Below are positions 44,293 through 53,148 of a stretch of 57,494 nt of DNA, in pieces. Below the pieces are notes generated by a model. It was given only the letters and a program-made list of their open reading frames with translations. It ran no database searches and was not told where the DNA came from. This stretch comes from a virus: IMG/VR virus record IMGVR_UViG_3300006198_000004, one strand, 5' to 3'. Position numbers and translations under genes: made by a program. The first letter of the stretch is position 1. Each line of letters starts with the position of its first letter.

Positions 44293-44338
44293 TTTGTTAT
44301 ATTAAATATATTCCATAACTTTGCGTTTATCAAACACA
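44293..44338 (+). promoter_or_regulatory. Internal promoter with operator
   Basis: The promoter has TTTG (44293-44296), a 19-nt spacer and TAACTTTG (44316-44323). The 17-bp site TGCGTTT-ATC-AAACACA (44322-44338) overlaps the expected transcription start. Confidence 0.65.
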
Positions 44339-44342
44339 AAAT

Positions 44343-44627
44343 ATGACTACGAAACGCCAAAGGAAAGTAATCCACGTTGAGCTTAAAGAGCCTTACAACG
44401 GCCGGCGCAACTACTATTTCGGTAGCGCAAAAGCCATATACAACACACTCCCCACGGAGATAGTCGGTATTAGCTTAGGCTCGCTCTGGAATTGGTTTAG
44501 CAAGTCCAACACCTACACCGGCGCACACGCCACAATCCGAAAGAGAGATTTAATCACAACACCAACCAATAGAGGAAAACGAAATGAAAACCGAGCTGAC
44601 AATAGAACAGAGCCAACGGCTCATTGA
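44343..44627 (+). CDS. Hypothetical basic protein
   Basis: It is the first ORF after the internal promoter. Confidence 0.45.
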   Translation: MTTKRQRKVIHVELKEPYNGRRNYYFGSAKAIYNTLPTEIVGISLGSLWNWFSKSNTYTGAHATIRKRDLITTPTNRGKRNENRADNRTEPTAH

Positions 44628-44937
44628 AAGAGGGGTAAATCCTATATTAGCAAGTGGATTGGCGAAAGACCCTGTATCACAATGGGAATTACCCGTGTTT
44701 ACTTTAATAGACATTGCTAAATTATTGCCAGAAAGAAAAGCGTTTGCAAATGCCGAGGCTTATGCGAACATACATTTTGAGCTTGCCGAGCATAAATGGG
44801 TGGCTCAATATCTTGATTATGACAAAGATGATGATGTGATTGCCGAGGAATCTGCTCCGGAGCTTATAGACGCTTTATATTCTCTTTGCTTGTGGGGCAT
44901 TAAGAGAGGGTATATAGAAATTCTAAAAAAGAATTGA
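44584..44937 (+). CDS. Hypothetical protein
   Basis: The ORF overlaps the preceding one. Confidence 0.45.
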   Translation: MKTELTIEQSQRLIERGVNPILASGLAKDPVSQWELPVFTLIDIAKLLPERKAFANAEAYANIHFELAEHKWVAQYLDYDKDDDVIAEESAPELIDALYSLCLWGIKRGYIEILKKN

Positions 44938-44938
44938 T

Positions 44939-44992
44939 ATGTTAGGAGCAATCATAGGAGATATAGTTGGCTCACGCTTAATATTTTCGTAA
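44939..44992 (+). pseudogene. Truncated remnant of an ADP-ribosylglycohydrolase-family gene (17 codons)
   Basis: It encodes MLGAIIGDIVGSR, the characteristic N-terminus of ADP-ribosylglycohydrolase-family proteins. This is followed by LIFS* and then the lipoprotein-gene promoter box. Confidence 0.5.
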
Positions 44993-45032
44993 TTTTGCAT
45001 TTCAATTCAAACAACTCAATAACTACAAGAAG

Positions 45033-45620
45033 ATGAAAAAACTATTATTTGGATTTTCCATGCTGCTTGCATTGACCCTTTCGGCTTGCGGCGGCGATGA
45101 TGAGCCGGACACACCGACTGCAAAACTGGACGTGAAAGAGCTTGTAGGCTATGTAGGCAAACAAACATCCTACGTCAAAGAGAATTTCAAGAGTGGCACA
45201 TTTGAAAACGAGGGCGGCTCACTTGGCAAGACCACGCTAAGATATGGCTTGCCAACAAAAGATGCCAATTATTCCGTTACGTTCAAAAGCAACACAAGCG
45301 GAGTAATCACCGACATTGTAGTATATGGCAACTACGGCTCGTCTTACGACAAAGGGATTGAGGCTTACAAGGCCGACATGGACAAAATCAACTCTACCAT
45401 TACACACGTTTCCTATATCGCCAGATACAACAACGGTGTAACAATGGATTTCAAAGACCGTGCGGAGTTCTGGAGCTATGTTGCCGAAAACGGCGTTTCC
45501 AAATTCATTCAAGAAACATGGTGGATTGAAAACACCGCAACAATCAAGTTTGATGTGGAGGCTACATACAACCGTAGTGGCAACTCCGTGGAGATTGACA
45601 TTGAAAAGAAAGAGTGGTGA
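45033..45620 (+). CDS. Lipoprotein (moron-like)
   Basis: It has a signal peptide with a lipobox (MKKLLFGFSMLLALTLSAC-GGDD) and its own -7 box, TAATTTTG, at 44989-44996. Confidence 0.8.
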   Translation: MKKLLFGFSMLLALTLSACGGDDEPDTPTAKLDVKELVGYVGKQTSYVKENFKSGTFENEGGSLGKTTLRYGLPTKDANYSVTFKSNTSGVITDIVVYGNYGSSYDKGIEAYKADMDKINSTITHVSYIARYNNGVTMDFKDRAEFWSYVAENGVSKFIQETWWIENTATIKFDVEATYNRSGNSVEIDIEKKEW

Positions 45621-45672
45621 TGTGTTTATATAACACATATTGCTCACTTTCAGCAAAATAGTTGATTTTTTA

Positions 45673-45703
45673 TTTGTAAATCTCGGTTTTTGAGGCTACC
45701 TTT
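45673..45703 (+). promoter_or_regulatory. Promoter of the structured leader / antirepressor operon
   Basis: It has TTTG (45673-45676), a 19-nt spacer and TACCTTTG (45696-45703). Confidence 0.6.
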
Positions 45704-45708
45704 GCAAT

Positions 45709-45849
45709 GCGTTACATTTCAAAGGGCAAGTGAGTAAAACCGCTTGCAAATCTGTGAGTGGTATTTTTATACCCTTACTTGACATAACTAACGGTATTGT
45801 ACCCCCGTGTGGTGCGTTAATGCGCCCACTGCCCTTTGAGGTGTAACGC
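45709..45849 (+). ncRNA. Candidate structured RNA / 5' leader (closing helix plus internal hairpins)
   Basis: - The 5' arm 45709-45732 pairs with 45827-45849 over about 22 bp.
- Two of these pairs are U-G and work only on the plus-strand transcript.
- Internal hairpins lie at 45754-45778 and 45809-45829.
- The RNA would start at the predicted transcription start. Confidence 0.5.
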
Positions 45850-45904
45850 AACGGGAAAGGCAATGCCGTTTTCTATTGCCTGTTATCTTTCAAAATGCGT
45901 TATA

Positions 45905-46168
45905 ATGAAAGAGAAACAAAGAGGTATGGCTACCTCAAACAGCCAAACGGAGTTTGACCTACTGCTTACTCTCGCCAAAAAGGTTGCTCGGCTTCGTGAT
46001 GAGTTTGAAAAACTCTCAATGAGCAAGGTGTGTGACGGAATATTCTCGGTTAATTTCTTTGAGGCTCAAAACCGCCTTAACGAAATTCTGCTCACTGACC
46101 TTACGGCTCCGATGCACTCGTGCGTGATAGAACAGTTTGTAAACCACGCAAGCGAGGAGGGCGTATGA
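45905..46168 (+). CDS. Hypothetical protein upstream of the antirepressor
   Basis: The ORF follows the leader. The start is at ATG 45905 or 45926. Confidence 0.45.
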   Translation: MKEKQRGMATSNSQTEFDLLLTLAKKVARLRDEFEKLSMSKVCDGIFSVNFFEAQNRLNEILLTDLTAPMHSCVIEQFVNHASEEGV

Positions 46169-47028
46169 GCAAGCAAGTGTTCAGCTACAACGGCTCTCCC
46201 GTCACTTTCCAACTCGGAGAGGCTACAATGGTTAACGCTACCCAAATGGCGAAGCCTTTCGGCAAACGACCTGTGGATTGGTTGCGACTACCTTCAACAA
46301 AAGAGTTTATCAAAACTCTATCCACTGTGAGAAATTCACACAGTGAAAATCTCGTGATAACGGTTAACGGTGGTACGACTGACAACGGAAAAGGCACATG
46401 GTTACACGAAGATGTTGCGCTGGAGTTCGCACGTTGGCTATCGCCCCAGTTCGCTATATGGTGCAACGACCGTATCAAGGAGCTTATGCGCCACGGAATC
46501 ACCGCCACGCCGCAAGCGATAGATGCACTGCTCAACGACCCGGACACCATGATAAGGACGCTCCAAGCATTAAAGGCAGAGCGTGAACGGGCCGACAATG
46601 AGAAACGCCGTGCCGATACTCTGGAGATACAGCGTGATACATTCCACTCGGAAAACCGCCGCTTGCAAAAGCTACACACCGGCTATCTCCGTCAGCTTGA
46701 GGCGCAAGCTCCAAAAGTTGAGTATGCCGATAACGTGCTTTCCAGCGATAGCACCTACACCACTACCCAGATAGCAAAGGAATTGGGAATGTCGGCGCAG
46801 GCACTCAACAAAATACTCCACGGCCTCGGCATACAGTTCCGGCAAAGTGGTCAATGGCTGCTCTATGCCAAGTATCAGGCAAAGGGGTATATGAAAACAC
46901 GGACGCATACCTACAATCGTTCCAATGGACGCACAAGCACCATGCTTGTATCAGTCTGGACCGAGGCGGGGCGAATGTTCCTACACTCACTGCTCAAAAA
47001 GTACGAGTTAATCAAAAGTGGCGTATAA
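46165..47028 (+). CDS. KilA-N / Ant-type antirepressor
   Basis: The N-terminal KilA-N-like region is FSYNGSPVTF...ATQMAKPFGKRPVDWLRL...GTWLHEDVALEFARWLSPQFAIWCNDRI. The C-terminal KilAC/ANT-like region is YTTTQIAKELGMSAQALNKILHGLGIQ. Confidence 0.8.
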   Translation: MSKQVFSYNGSPVTFQLGEATMVNATQMAKPFGKRPVDWLRLPSTKEFIKTLSTVRNSHSENLVITVNGGTTDNGKGTWLHEDVALEFARWLSPQFAIWCNDRIKELMRHGITATPQAIDALLNDPDTMIRTLQALKAERERADNEKRRADTLEIQRDTFHSENRRLQKLHTGYLRQLEAQAPKVEYADNVLSSDSTYTTTQIAKELGMSAQALNKILHGLGIQFRQSGQWLLYAKYQAKGYMKTRTHTYNRSNGRTSTMLVSVWTEAGRMFLHSLLKKYELIKSGV

Positions 47029-47078
47029 ATTGTTCTAATTCCAAAAGTTATTACTAACTTTGCACAACGGTAAAATTT

Positions 47079-47147
47079 AAGCCCCTCCAAGTAAGGCCGT
47101 GGATTGTAGTTCCACGGGTTGCTGCTTGGATGGGCTTATTTCTTTTT
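47079..47147. terminator. Bidirectional terminator between convergent operons
   Basis: The outer stem AAGCCCCTCCAAG/CTTGGATGGGCTT has 12 of 13 pairs, and the inner stem is CCGTGGA/TCCACGG. It is followed by TATTTCTTTTT on the plus strand. Confidence 0.7.
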
Positions 47148-48680
47148 CAGCATTTTCAAGATATTAGGATTGTCCGTAATGCTATGAAGTCTTAACCCTT
47201 GTTCATATATGGCTCTTGTGATTATCCAACAAGTAATCTCGCCTATGATAGTTTCATGTATATAGGCTTTCATTTCGGGGTCATGTATATCATCAACATA
47301 ACCCATATATTGAGATTGTTGATACAGCTTTGGCAACTGCAAAAGAGCCTCGTTTTTGGCTTCAATGTTCGCGAAAGGTTGATTAAGCCACTCCTTGACA
47401 CTTTTCTTTGATATTGTTATAGGGTCATTTATTCCGGGTGCTGATAATGCCTGTGAGCATATAGTGGCATACGCCAGCCGTTGTATCTCCTTTCGCCTCT
47501 TTTTAATTCGTTCCGACAACGGATTCTTTATAACACGGCCTTTCTCTACAAGTTCTTGATTATCCCTTAAAAAGTATGGTAAAGTTCCGGCAGTTGTTGC
47601 TCTATCTATTCTCTCCGCATTATCTTTCGCCCAGACCTTAAACGTTGAGGGCATAGCCGTTACCTCGTTGGCACAATCAACGCCGGCCGGGTCTTTCCCG
47701 TCCAGAATATTATCCAACATTTTATCAAGCTCGGCGGGGCTTGCCAGTACCGGCTCTTGGTAACAACGACAATTAGGGTGCCAGCCACTCCACTTGAATG
47801 TTTTGGGGTATATGCCTTTGAGGTCATCGCAAATATCCGGCTCCGGGTGGTTGTTGCTCAACTTGATTTCAATGCCGATAACGAAAGGCATTTGTTGCCA
47901 ACGCTCATAGTCGGCAGTGCGGTAGGCGATATTTGTTTCAGTTCGCGCCAGCCTTTGAGCGTTCCTATAAGAGCTACGATATACACCACGTCCGGGGTGA
48001 TATTTACGGGGGTCATCATCAACCCATTTGTAGGACCCGCTTTCAGCGTCAAAGATGCGCCTTTTCCACACGCGCCCATATTTGGGTGTGCCGTCCTCGT
48101 TCTCGCCGATTTTGACACGGAAACGCCTATAAAAGCGGTCGGGGTCATTGAGATACTTTTGAATTTGGGTGGCAAGTCTATTAGCCGGAGTTCCCTCGCC
48201 AATAGCCAAATCCAAAGCGTCCTCTAACTCATCCTTGAAAACTCCCGTGTATTTCCATACCTTTTGAGAGAGATTAAGCCCTGCGCCGGTCTTACGCGCA
48301 AAAAACGCTTTCATTGCATCCATGTTGCGTTGAAAGAATCGGGCAAAGTGGTTATCCTCTATTGAGTGTTCGCCAAATATAGCCTTGACAAGTCCATCGT
48401 TATGCTCGTTGGCATTTAGCCACTCTTTTTCTACCCCAGTACGGATTATCTGGTAAACGCGAGAATACATAGAGCGCAATATTGGCGTAACCTCATCGGA
48501 ATAGCCATATTCGGAGAAAGAGAACGGTTTGCCCGCCTCAAGCTCCGTGCCTTTTACCAAGTTAATTATTTCAGTGAGCGCAGACCGATAGACAGCCCCC
48601 ACGTTGGCGGCGTAGCCCTCGGTGCGCTTGAATAACTCGGAATTGAGCTTTTTGTAATCTATGTATTTCCGCTTTGCCAT
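47136..48680 (-). CDS. Head morphogenesis protein (SPP1 gp7 / Mu F family) with C-terminal extension
   Basis: The MuF core is RTETNIAYRTADYERW...NHPEPDICDDLKGIYPKTFKWSGWHPNCRCY, and about 150 further residues follow it. Confidence 0.8.
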   Translation of the reverse strand: MAKRKYIDYKKLNSELFKRTEGYAANVGAVYRSALTEIINLVKGTELEAGKPFSFSEYGYSDEVTPILRSMYSRVYQIIRTGVEKEWLNANEHNDGLVKAIFGEHSIEDNHFARFFQRNMDAMKAFFARKTGAGLNLSQKVWKYTGVFKDELEDALDLAIGEGTPANRLATQIQKYLNDPDRFYRRFRVKIGENEDGTPKYGRVWKRRIFDAESGSYKWVDDDPRKYHPGRGVYRSSYRNAQRLARTETNIAYRTADYERWQQMPFVIGIEIKLSNNHPEPDICDDLKGIYPKTFKWSGWHPNCRCYQEPVLASPAELDKMLDNILDGKDPAGVDCANEVTAMPSTFKVWAKDNAERIDRATTAGTLPYFLRDNQELVEKGRVIKNPLSERIKKRRKEIQRLAYATICSQALSAPGINDPITISKKSVKEWLNQPFANIEAKNEALLQLPKLYQQSQYMGYVDDIHDPEMKAYIHETIIGEITCWIITRAIYEQGLRLHSITDNPNILKMLKKK

Positions 48681-48982
48681 TAGTCGTTATATTCGTTTTC
48701 CAAGTGGGTTATAAACTCATCGAGAACATCGCGTATTCGCTTCATTTTGGCAATAAATTCCTTGTCGCTGTCATAGACGGCCTTGTGTATGTTTGCCGAA
48801 ACGTGGCAGTCAGACACGCGCAAAAAGGTGGATTGATACGGTTGGTTATCGTAGTCAATTACATCACCGTCATAAGCAACGACACTCCCGCTTGAGGGCG
48901 AATCCGGCTCGTTGAGCCAGACACGTTTAATGAATTTCGTATTTCTTGCTTTCTCGCTCATCGCTTTTGGAAATGGTCGCAA
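48680..48982 (-). CDS. Hypothetical protein
   Basis: The ORF is in the operon. Confidence 0.45.
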   Translation of the reverse strand: MRPFPKAMSEKARNTKFIKRVWLNEPDSPSSGSVVAYDGDVIDYDNQPYQSTFLRVSDCHVSANIHKAVYDSDKEFIAKMKRIRDVLDEFITHLENEYND

Positions 48983-49140
48983 TAGTCGTATTTGAGAAAT
49001 TTACACCATTTTTGGAATTGGCACCGGCAAAATATCATATTGCCGTCTGCCCCTTTGTTGTGCCAGTCGGTCGAGTGTTTGCAGTCCTTACAGGTGTAGG
49101 CTGGTCGCTCCGCTTGCTTGGTGGTCGCTTTCTTAGCCAT
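48958..49140 (-). CDS. Cys-rich small protein
   Basis: It has the motifs CKDCKH...CRC...C...C.H. Confidence 0.4.
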   Translation of the reverse strand: MAKKATTKQAERPAYTCKDCKHSTDWHNKGADGNMIFCRCQFQKWCKFLKYDYCDHFQKR

Positions 49141-49142
49141 AG

Positions 49143-49448
49143 TTACACCTCATCCATTTCAATAGTCTGCCCTGCTAATTTGTGGTCGCAATCGGGCAGA
49201 TATTCAATTCTACCCTCTCGGATGAAAGAGTGGCACCGTGTTTCTCTATATGCGCCGGCTATCTTTGTGGTTGATAGGACAGCGACAGACGGCGTGAAAG
49301 TGGGTTTATTCACATCGCCATTAAACCCCCAAATAGGGTGTTCTTGATTGTTCTCTTGCTTGGTATAAACCGCGTGAGTTTTCCCACAACCGGGGCAAAA
49401 GAAAGAATACATCCCGGCGGTTCCGGGTACGAGTTTTATTTTAGCCAT
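49143..49448 (-). CDS. Zinc-ribbon-like hypothetical protein
   Basis: It has the motifs CPGCGKTH...CHSF...CDH. Confidence 0.45.
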   Translation of the reverse strand: MAKIKLVPGTAGMYSFFCPGCGKTHAVYTKQENNQEHPIWGFNGDVNKPTFTPSVAVLSTTKIAGAYRETRCHSFIREGRIEYLPDCDHKLAGQTIEMDEV

Positions 49449-49665
49449 TGGTGGAGTTGAAAAGGTGGTCTATTAGTTCCTGCTTGGTCGCAAAGCAACC
49501 CCTCGCGTCAAAGGTCAGACGTTGGGGATTGTTTCGCGGGGCCGTGTTGATAAGCTCAACAAGTACCTCGGTAGTGCGTCCTCGCATCGGAGAGTTAGGG
49601 GCAGTGAGCGTTATTTCCACACTTGCACTTGGAATTTGTGGGGCTTGTTTTGGCTCATAGTCCAA
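49441..49665 (-). CDS. Hypothetical small protein
   Basis: The ORF is in the operon. Confidence 0.4.
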   Translation of the reverse strand: MDYEPKQAPQIPSASVEITLTAPNSPMRGRTTEVLVELINTAPRNNPQRLTFDARGCFATKQELIDHLFNSTNG

Positions 49666-49702
49666 ACCTCATCGCCCGGATTGAATTTTGTAGTGTAGTC
49701 CA

Positions 49703-51130
49703 TTAGTCCGTGGGTTCAAAAGCGTCCATGCGCCGTAAAGCCATTTGCTGCTCCATATTTTCCGCTTGCTCTTTCTTGATACGTTCCAACTCGGTCTTTA
49801 CGTCCTTGATTAAGTAAGACAGCTCTACATAAGTTTCACGGCTCATCGCGCCATCATTGAATTGTTTGGATATGTCGGCCAGCATATCGCTAACGTCATC
49901 GCCGAAAGGCTCTTGAAATTCATGCCCTAAGTCGAGTGCGTCATGCTCGGCCTTGTGGGTGTAGTCAAGAACATTTCCCATTATGGCACACATAAGGGAG
50001 GCGTGGCGGTTCATATACTCATCGTGCTTTTCCTTATGTTTTTCGGCCTTGATTATCGCCAGCAACATAATTTTGCGAATAGCCTTTGCCGACAGGTTGC
50101 CGAGGCTTTTCATGTTGTCAAAATCAATGTTGGGCGTGAACGACTTGGAAAGAATGTGTTTATCCAGACGTTCAAACTGGTTGCGCTTGCTCTCGCTTGC
50201 CTCGTTCCATGTGAGGTAGGACACATTGCCGCCATTTTTGAGAATAAGCAATTTAGCCTCTTCCTCTTGCTTGGGTAGGGAGTTGAGTATTTCGGCGGTC
50301 GCTACCATTGTGGGGTTGGCGAAACGGTCGATAACATCGGCCTCCACACTCTCGGAGTTCTCAACCTTTTCAATAAGCGGTTGCACATCGGAGTGTTCTG
50401 GCTCCTGCTCAAAGAGCAACACGGGGATTTTCCCTATTGGATTGGGTCGGTGTTCCACTTCCCAGCCAAAAGAGCCTTGCTTACAACGGTAGATAGTATC
50501 GGCCGTGTATATGTCGATATGGTGAACGGTGCGATTTCCCTCCTCGGTGAGATAGTAGCCCCAGCCAAAGGCGCGCAGACGCTTGTATTGGTCTTTTATC
50601 GTGTATATGTCATCACCGCTTTTCTTGCTCAATACATTAAGCAAGAGTTTTGGCTTATTGGTCGCTTCCTCGCGGTAAACGTGATACAGGATAGCCGACA
50701 CACCCTCGGCACCGGCGGCACGTTTAGCCTGCCTCACGCAGCTATCAAAGCGAATTTCACGCATAAGCTCCTTGTAAAAGTTGTATGAGTAATCGGTGTT
50801 TTCTGAAAGTTGCGTCCATTTCACGGGCCGGCCGTAGAGAAATACCAACGCAATTTCGTTGATGAATTTCTGGTAGGGGATAGGAATTTTGTTGCGCTTG
50901 CTCCAACGCAGGAAATTACCCTTGCTATCAAGCACGGCCCTATCCTTGCGCTCCATTACTTTGTGAGTGCTTATCTCGTACTCTTGCAAGTGGCGCATCG
51001 CTTTCTCGGAGTGTGCGGTCATCATTGCAACGGCCCGTGTTACGTCATTAGACGCAAGCAACTCATCAAAGCTCTGTTGGTAGCCGACAGCCGCCTTGAT
51101 GTTGTTGGTGATTGTTTGAATTAAGCTCAT
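49703..51130 (-). CDS. Portal protein (SPP1 gp6-like)
   Basis: It is a 475-aa ORF directly downstream of TerL, with a portal-like N-terminal pattern (HKVMERKDR...IPIPYQKFINEIALVFLYGRPV). Confidence 0.8.
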   Translation of the reverse strand: MSLIQTITNNIKAAVGYQQSFDELLASNDVTRAVAMMTAHSEKAMRHLQEYEISTHKVMERKDRAVLDSKGNFLRWSKRNKIPIPYQKFINEIALVFLYGRPVKWTQLSENTDYSYNFYKELMREIRFDSCVRQAKRAAGAEGVSAILYHVYREEATNKPKLLLNVLSKKSGDDIYTIKDQYKRLRAFGWGYYLTEEGNRTVHHIDIYTADTIYRCKQGSFGWEVEHRPNPIGKIPVLLFEQEPEHSDVQPLIEKVENSESVEADVIDRFANPTMVATAEILNSLPKQEEEAKLLILKNGGNVSYLTWNEASESKRNQFERLDKHILSKSFTPNIDFDNMKSLGNLSAKAIRKIMLLAIIKAEKHKEKHDEYMNRHASLMCAIMGNVLDYTHKAEHDALDLGHEFQEPFGDDVSDMLADISKQFNDGAMSRETYVELSYLIKDVKTELERIKKEQAENMEQQMALRRMDAFEPTD

Positions 51131-51142
51131 AATATCGGGATG

Positions 51143-52570
51143 TTACGTTAAACCTAATATTTGTTCTATGTTTTCGGGTATGTCGATTTCGTTGTAATCA
51201 AACCAGCAACGCATCAAAAGCATATCGCGCCAGTCCGGGGAGCAACCCAAATCAAGTTTTATTTCCTCTTTGGGCTTTAATTGGAGCTTGCCGTCACTAT
51301 CCCCTTTCCACGTTTGCAGTTGTTCAAGCTCTCTTATGATTTCCTCTCGGTCGGCTTGGCTCACAAGTTCCTCATCAATGCCTACCTCATTGGCGTTAAT
51401 GTGTTCAGCCAGCTTGTAGCCGCATTGAGTTTGTAGGTTGCGGTAGTTCTCGCCGGCGAAAGGCGAAGCACCATTGACAAAGCCCTGTATGTCGCAATTA
51501 TCAACCACGCCGCCGCCCACGCCGTCCTCATCCACAATGCACCTATGCTTGGGTATTCTATATTTGCGCTGCTTGGTCGTTATCCATAGCTGAATATCGG
51601 TGAGCTTGCTTTTAGGAAAGCACATCAAATCTATTATATGATAGCCATCCCAAACGGCCAGACGCGCATAGTCGGCACCGAAACGCGCTATATCGCCAGT
51701 GATATAAAACTTGCCGGTGCGGATAGAGAGATTGTTTCCGAATATCGCGCAAATGTCATCGTAAGAGCATAAGGCGTTGGGGTTATCGTCATAATCCCAA
51801 TTACCCTTAAACAGTCGCTCAAACTTGACTTTATCGCTTGTGGTTTTCAATCCCTCAATATAAGCCGGGTCTATGTATGGATTTTCTTGTACCAGACAAG
51901 CAATATAGTAGCGGTACGCCTCAAGACGATTGGCTTTATAAGGCTTGTAGAAAATATCATACATCCAGTTCTTTTTGGGGTTACAAGTGATAAAGAGTTT
52001 GCGCACAATCCCATATTCCAAATTGAGGTGTCGGCCCACACGGGTTTTGAGCGTGTCGTATGCACCAAAATTCACCTCGCCGCCCTCTTCAATCCAGCCC
52101 CCGGTAAATTCCAAAGAGCCAAAGCGTTCATACAGCGGGTCGGAGGGCTTGTATTGCAAATCCAACAAGTCTATTCGGGACCCGTTGTAAAATTCAATAT
52201 AGTTGTCCTGCGCGTTGTACTTGTAAAGTTCCTCGGTGCAACCATACATGGCACATACTTTCTTGAATGTTATGTATGTCGATTGCTTGATACGCTTTAA
52301 TTCCTCACGTCCGATAAACCATTTTGTCCCCGCATAAGCAAGACTCATAAAGAGCAACCACGCGGCACCTGTCCACGATTTTGCACCGCCGGCGGCTCCA
52401 CCATACAACACCTCTACATGGTCGTTGTCGGTGAGTATGGATAATGCCATACCTTGCTTTTCGTGCCTCTTGCCGTCTTTGCAAGTAATAAAGTCGAAAC
52501 ACCCACGTTTGAATAGCTCAACTTTGACCGCAAGCGACAACGGCAATGATATGTCTTTATTCCTTGCCAT
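51143..52570 (-). CDS. terL: Terminase large subunit
   Basis: It has a Walker A motif (YGGAAGGAKSW), an acidic Walker B region (WIEEGGE) and a C-terminal nuclease-like DIARFGADY segment. Confidence 0.85.
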   Translation of the reverse strand: MARNKDISLPLSLAVKVELFKRGCFDFITCKDGKRHEKQGMALSILTDNDHVEVLYGGAAGGAKSWTGAAWLLFMSLAYAGTKWFIGREELKRIKQSTYITFKKVCAMYGCTEELYKYNAQDNYIEFYNGSRIDLLDLQYKPSDPLYERFGSLEFTGGWIEEGGEVNFGAYDTLKTRVGRHLNLEYGIVRKLFITCNPKKNWMYDIFYKPYKANRLEAYRYYIACLVQENPYIDPAYIEGLKTTSDKVKFERLFKGNWDYDDNPNALCSYDDICAIFGNNLSIRTGKFYITGDIARFGADYARLAVWDGYHIIDLMCFPKSKLTDIQLWITTKQRKYRIPKHRCIVDEDGVGGGVVDNCDIQGFVNGASPFAGENYRNLQTQCGYKLAEHINANEVGIDEELVSQADREEIIRELEQLQTWKGDSDGKLQLKPKEEIKLDLGCSPDWRDMLLMRCWFDYNEIDIPENIEQILGLT

Positions 52571-53084
52571 TGTTGCCTGTCTTTATTTTCTCCAAAAGAG
52601 CGTTGTATTGCAATAGTTCCTCGGTAGTCAGCACCGACAAATCAACCGGGTTAACTTTCGCGTTGATTTCGCCCTCTATCGTCTGCGTAGCCTTGCCAAA
52701 TACTCGGTCAAAAAGCATTTCGATTGTTGACGTGCGCCCATAGCGCATATCGGTATTGATAGCGGATATTATGCTCAATACCCACATCGGAGTGTTGGGA
52801 TTGGGCTTGTGGGGGTCGGCGGGGTCTTTCAACAGCGGCTCCAGTTCTGCGGGGGAGCTTTCGTAAATGTGTTGAATTACTTTTAAGATTTCCTCTTTGC
52901 TGCTTTGGGGGTCAACTTTTTTTCCCGTGGTCTGCCGTATGTAATTAAGCACGGAGAATTTGCCACGCCCTTTTCGCTTGGGCTGGTTCTCGGACGTAAA
53001 GCGATTGCCTTTCTTATTTCCTTTTTCAAAGAGTGCCATTCGTTGTGATTCCGTTGATTTATTCTTTCCGTGTTTGTTGAACAC
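52557..53084 (-). CDS. Terminase small subunit (by position)
   Basis: It is basic at the N-terminus and lies directly upstream of TerL, overlapping it. An alternative ATG lies at 53039. Confidence 0.5.
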   Translation of the reverse strand: MFNKHGKNKSTESQRMALFEKGNKKGNRFTSENQPKRKGRGKFSVLNYIRQTTGKKVDPQSSKEEILKVIQHIYESSPAELEPLLKDPADPHKPNPNTPMWVLSIISAINTDMRYGRTSTIEMLFDRVFGKATQTIEGEINAKVNPVDLSVLTTEELLQYNALLEKIKTGNNGKE

Positions 53085-53148
53085 ATATTGACTGCAAAGA
53101 AAACCGGGCAGCCGAAACCGCCCGGCTCTTTACTCGGTATTGTGGGAG

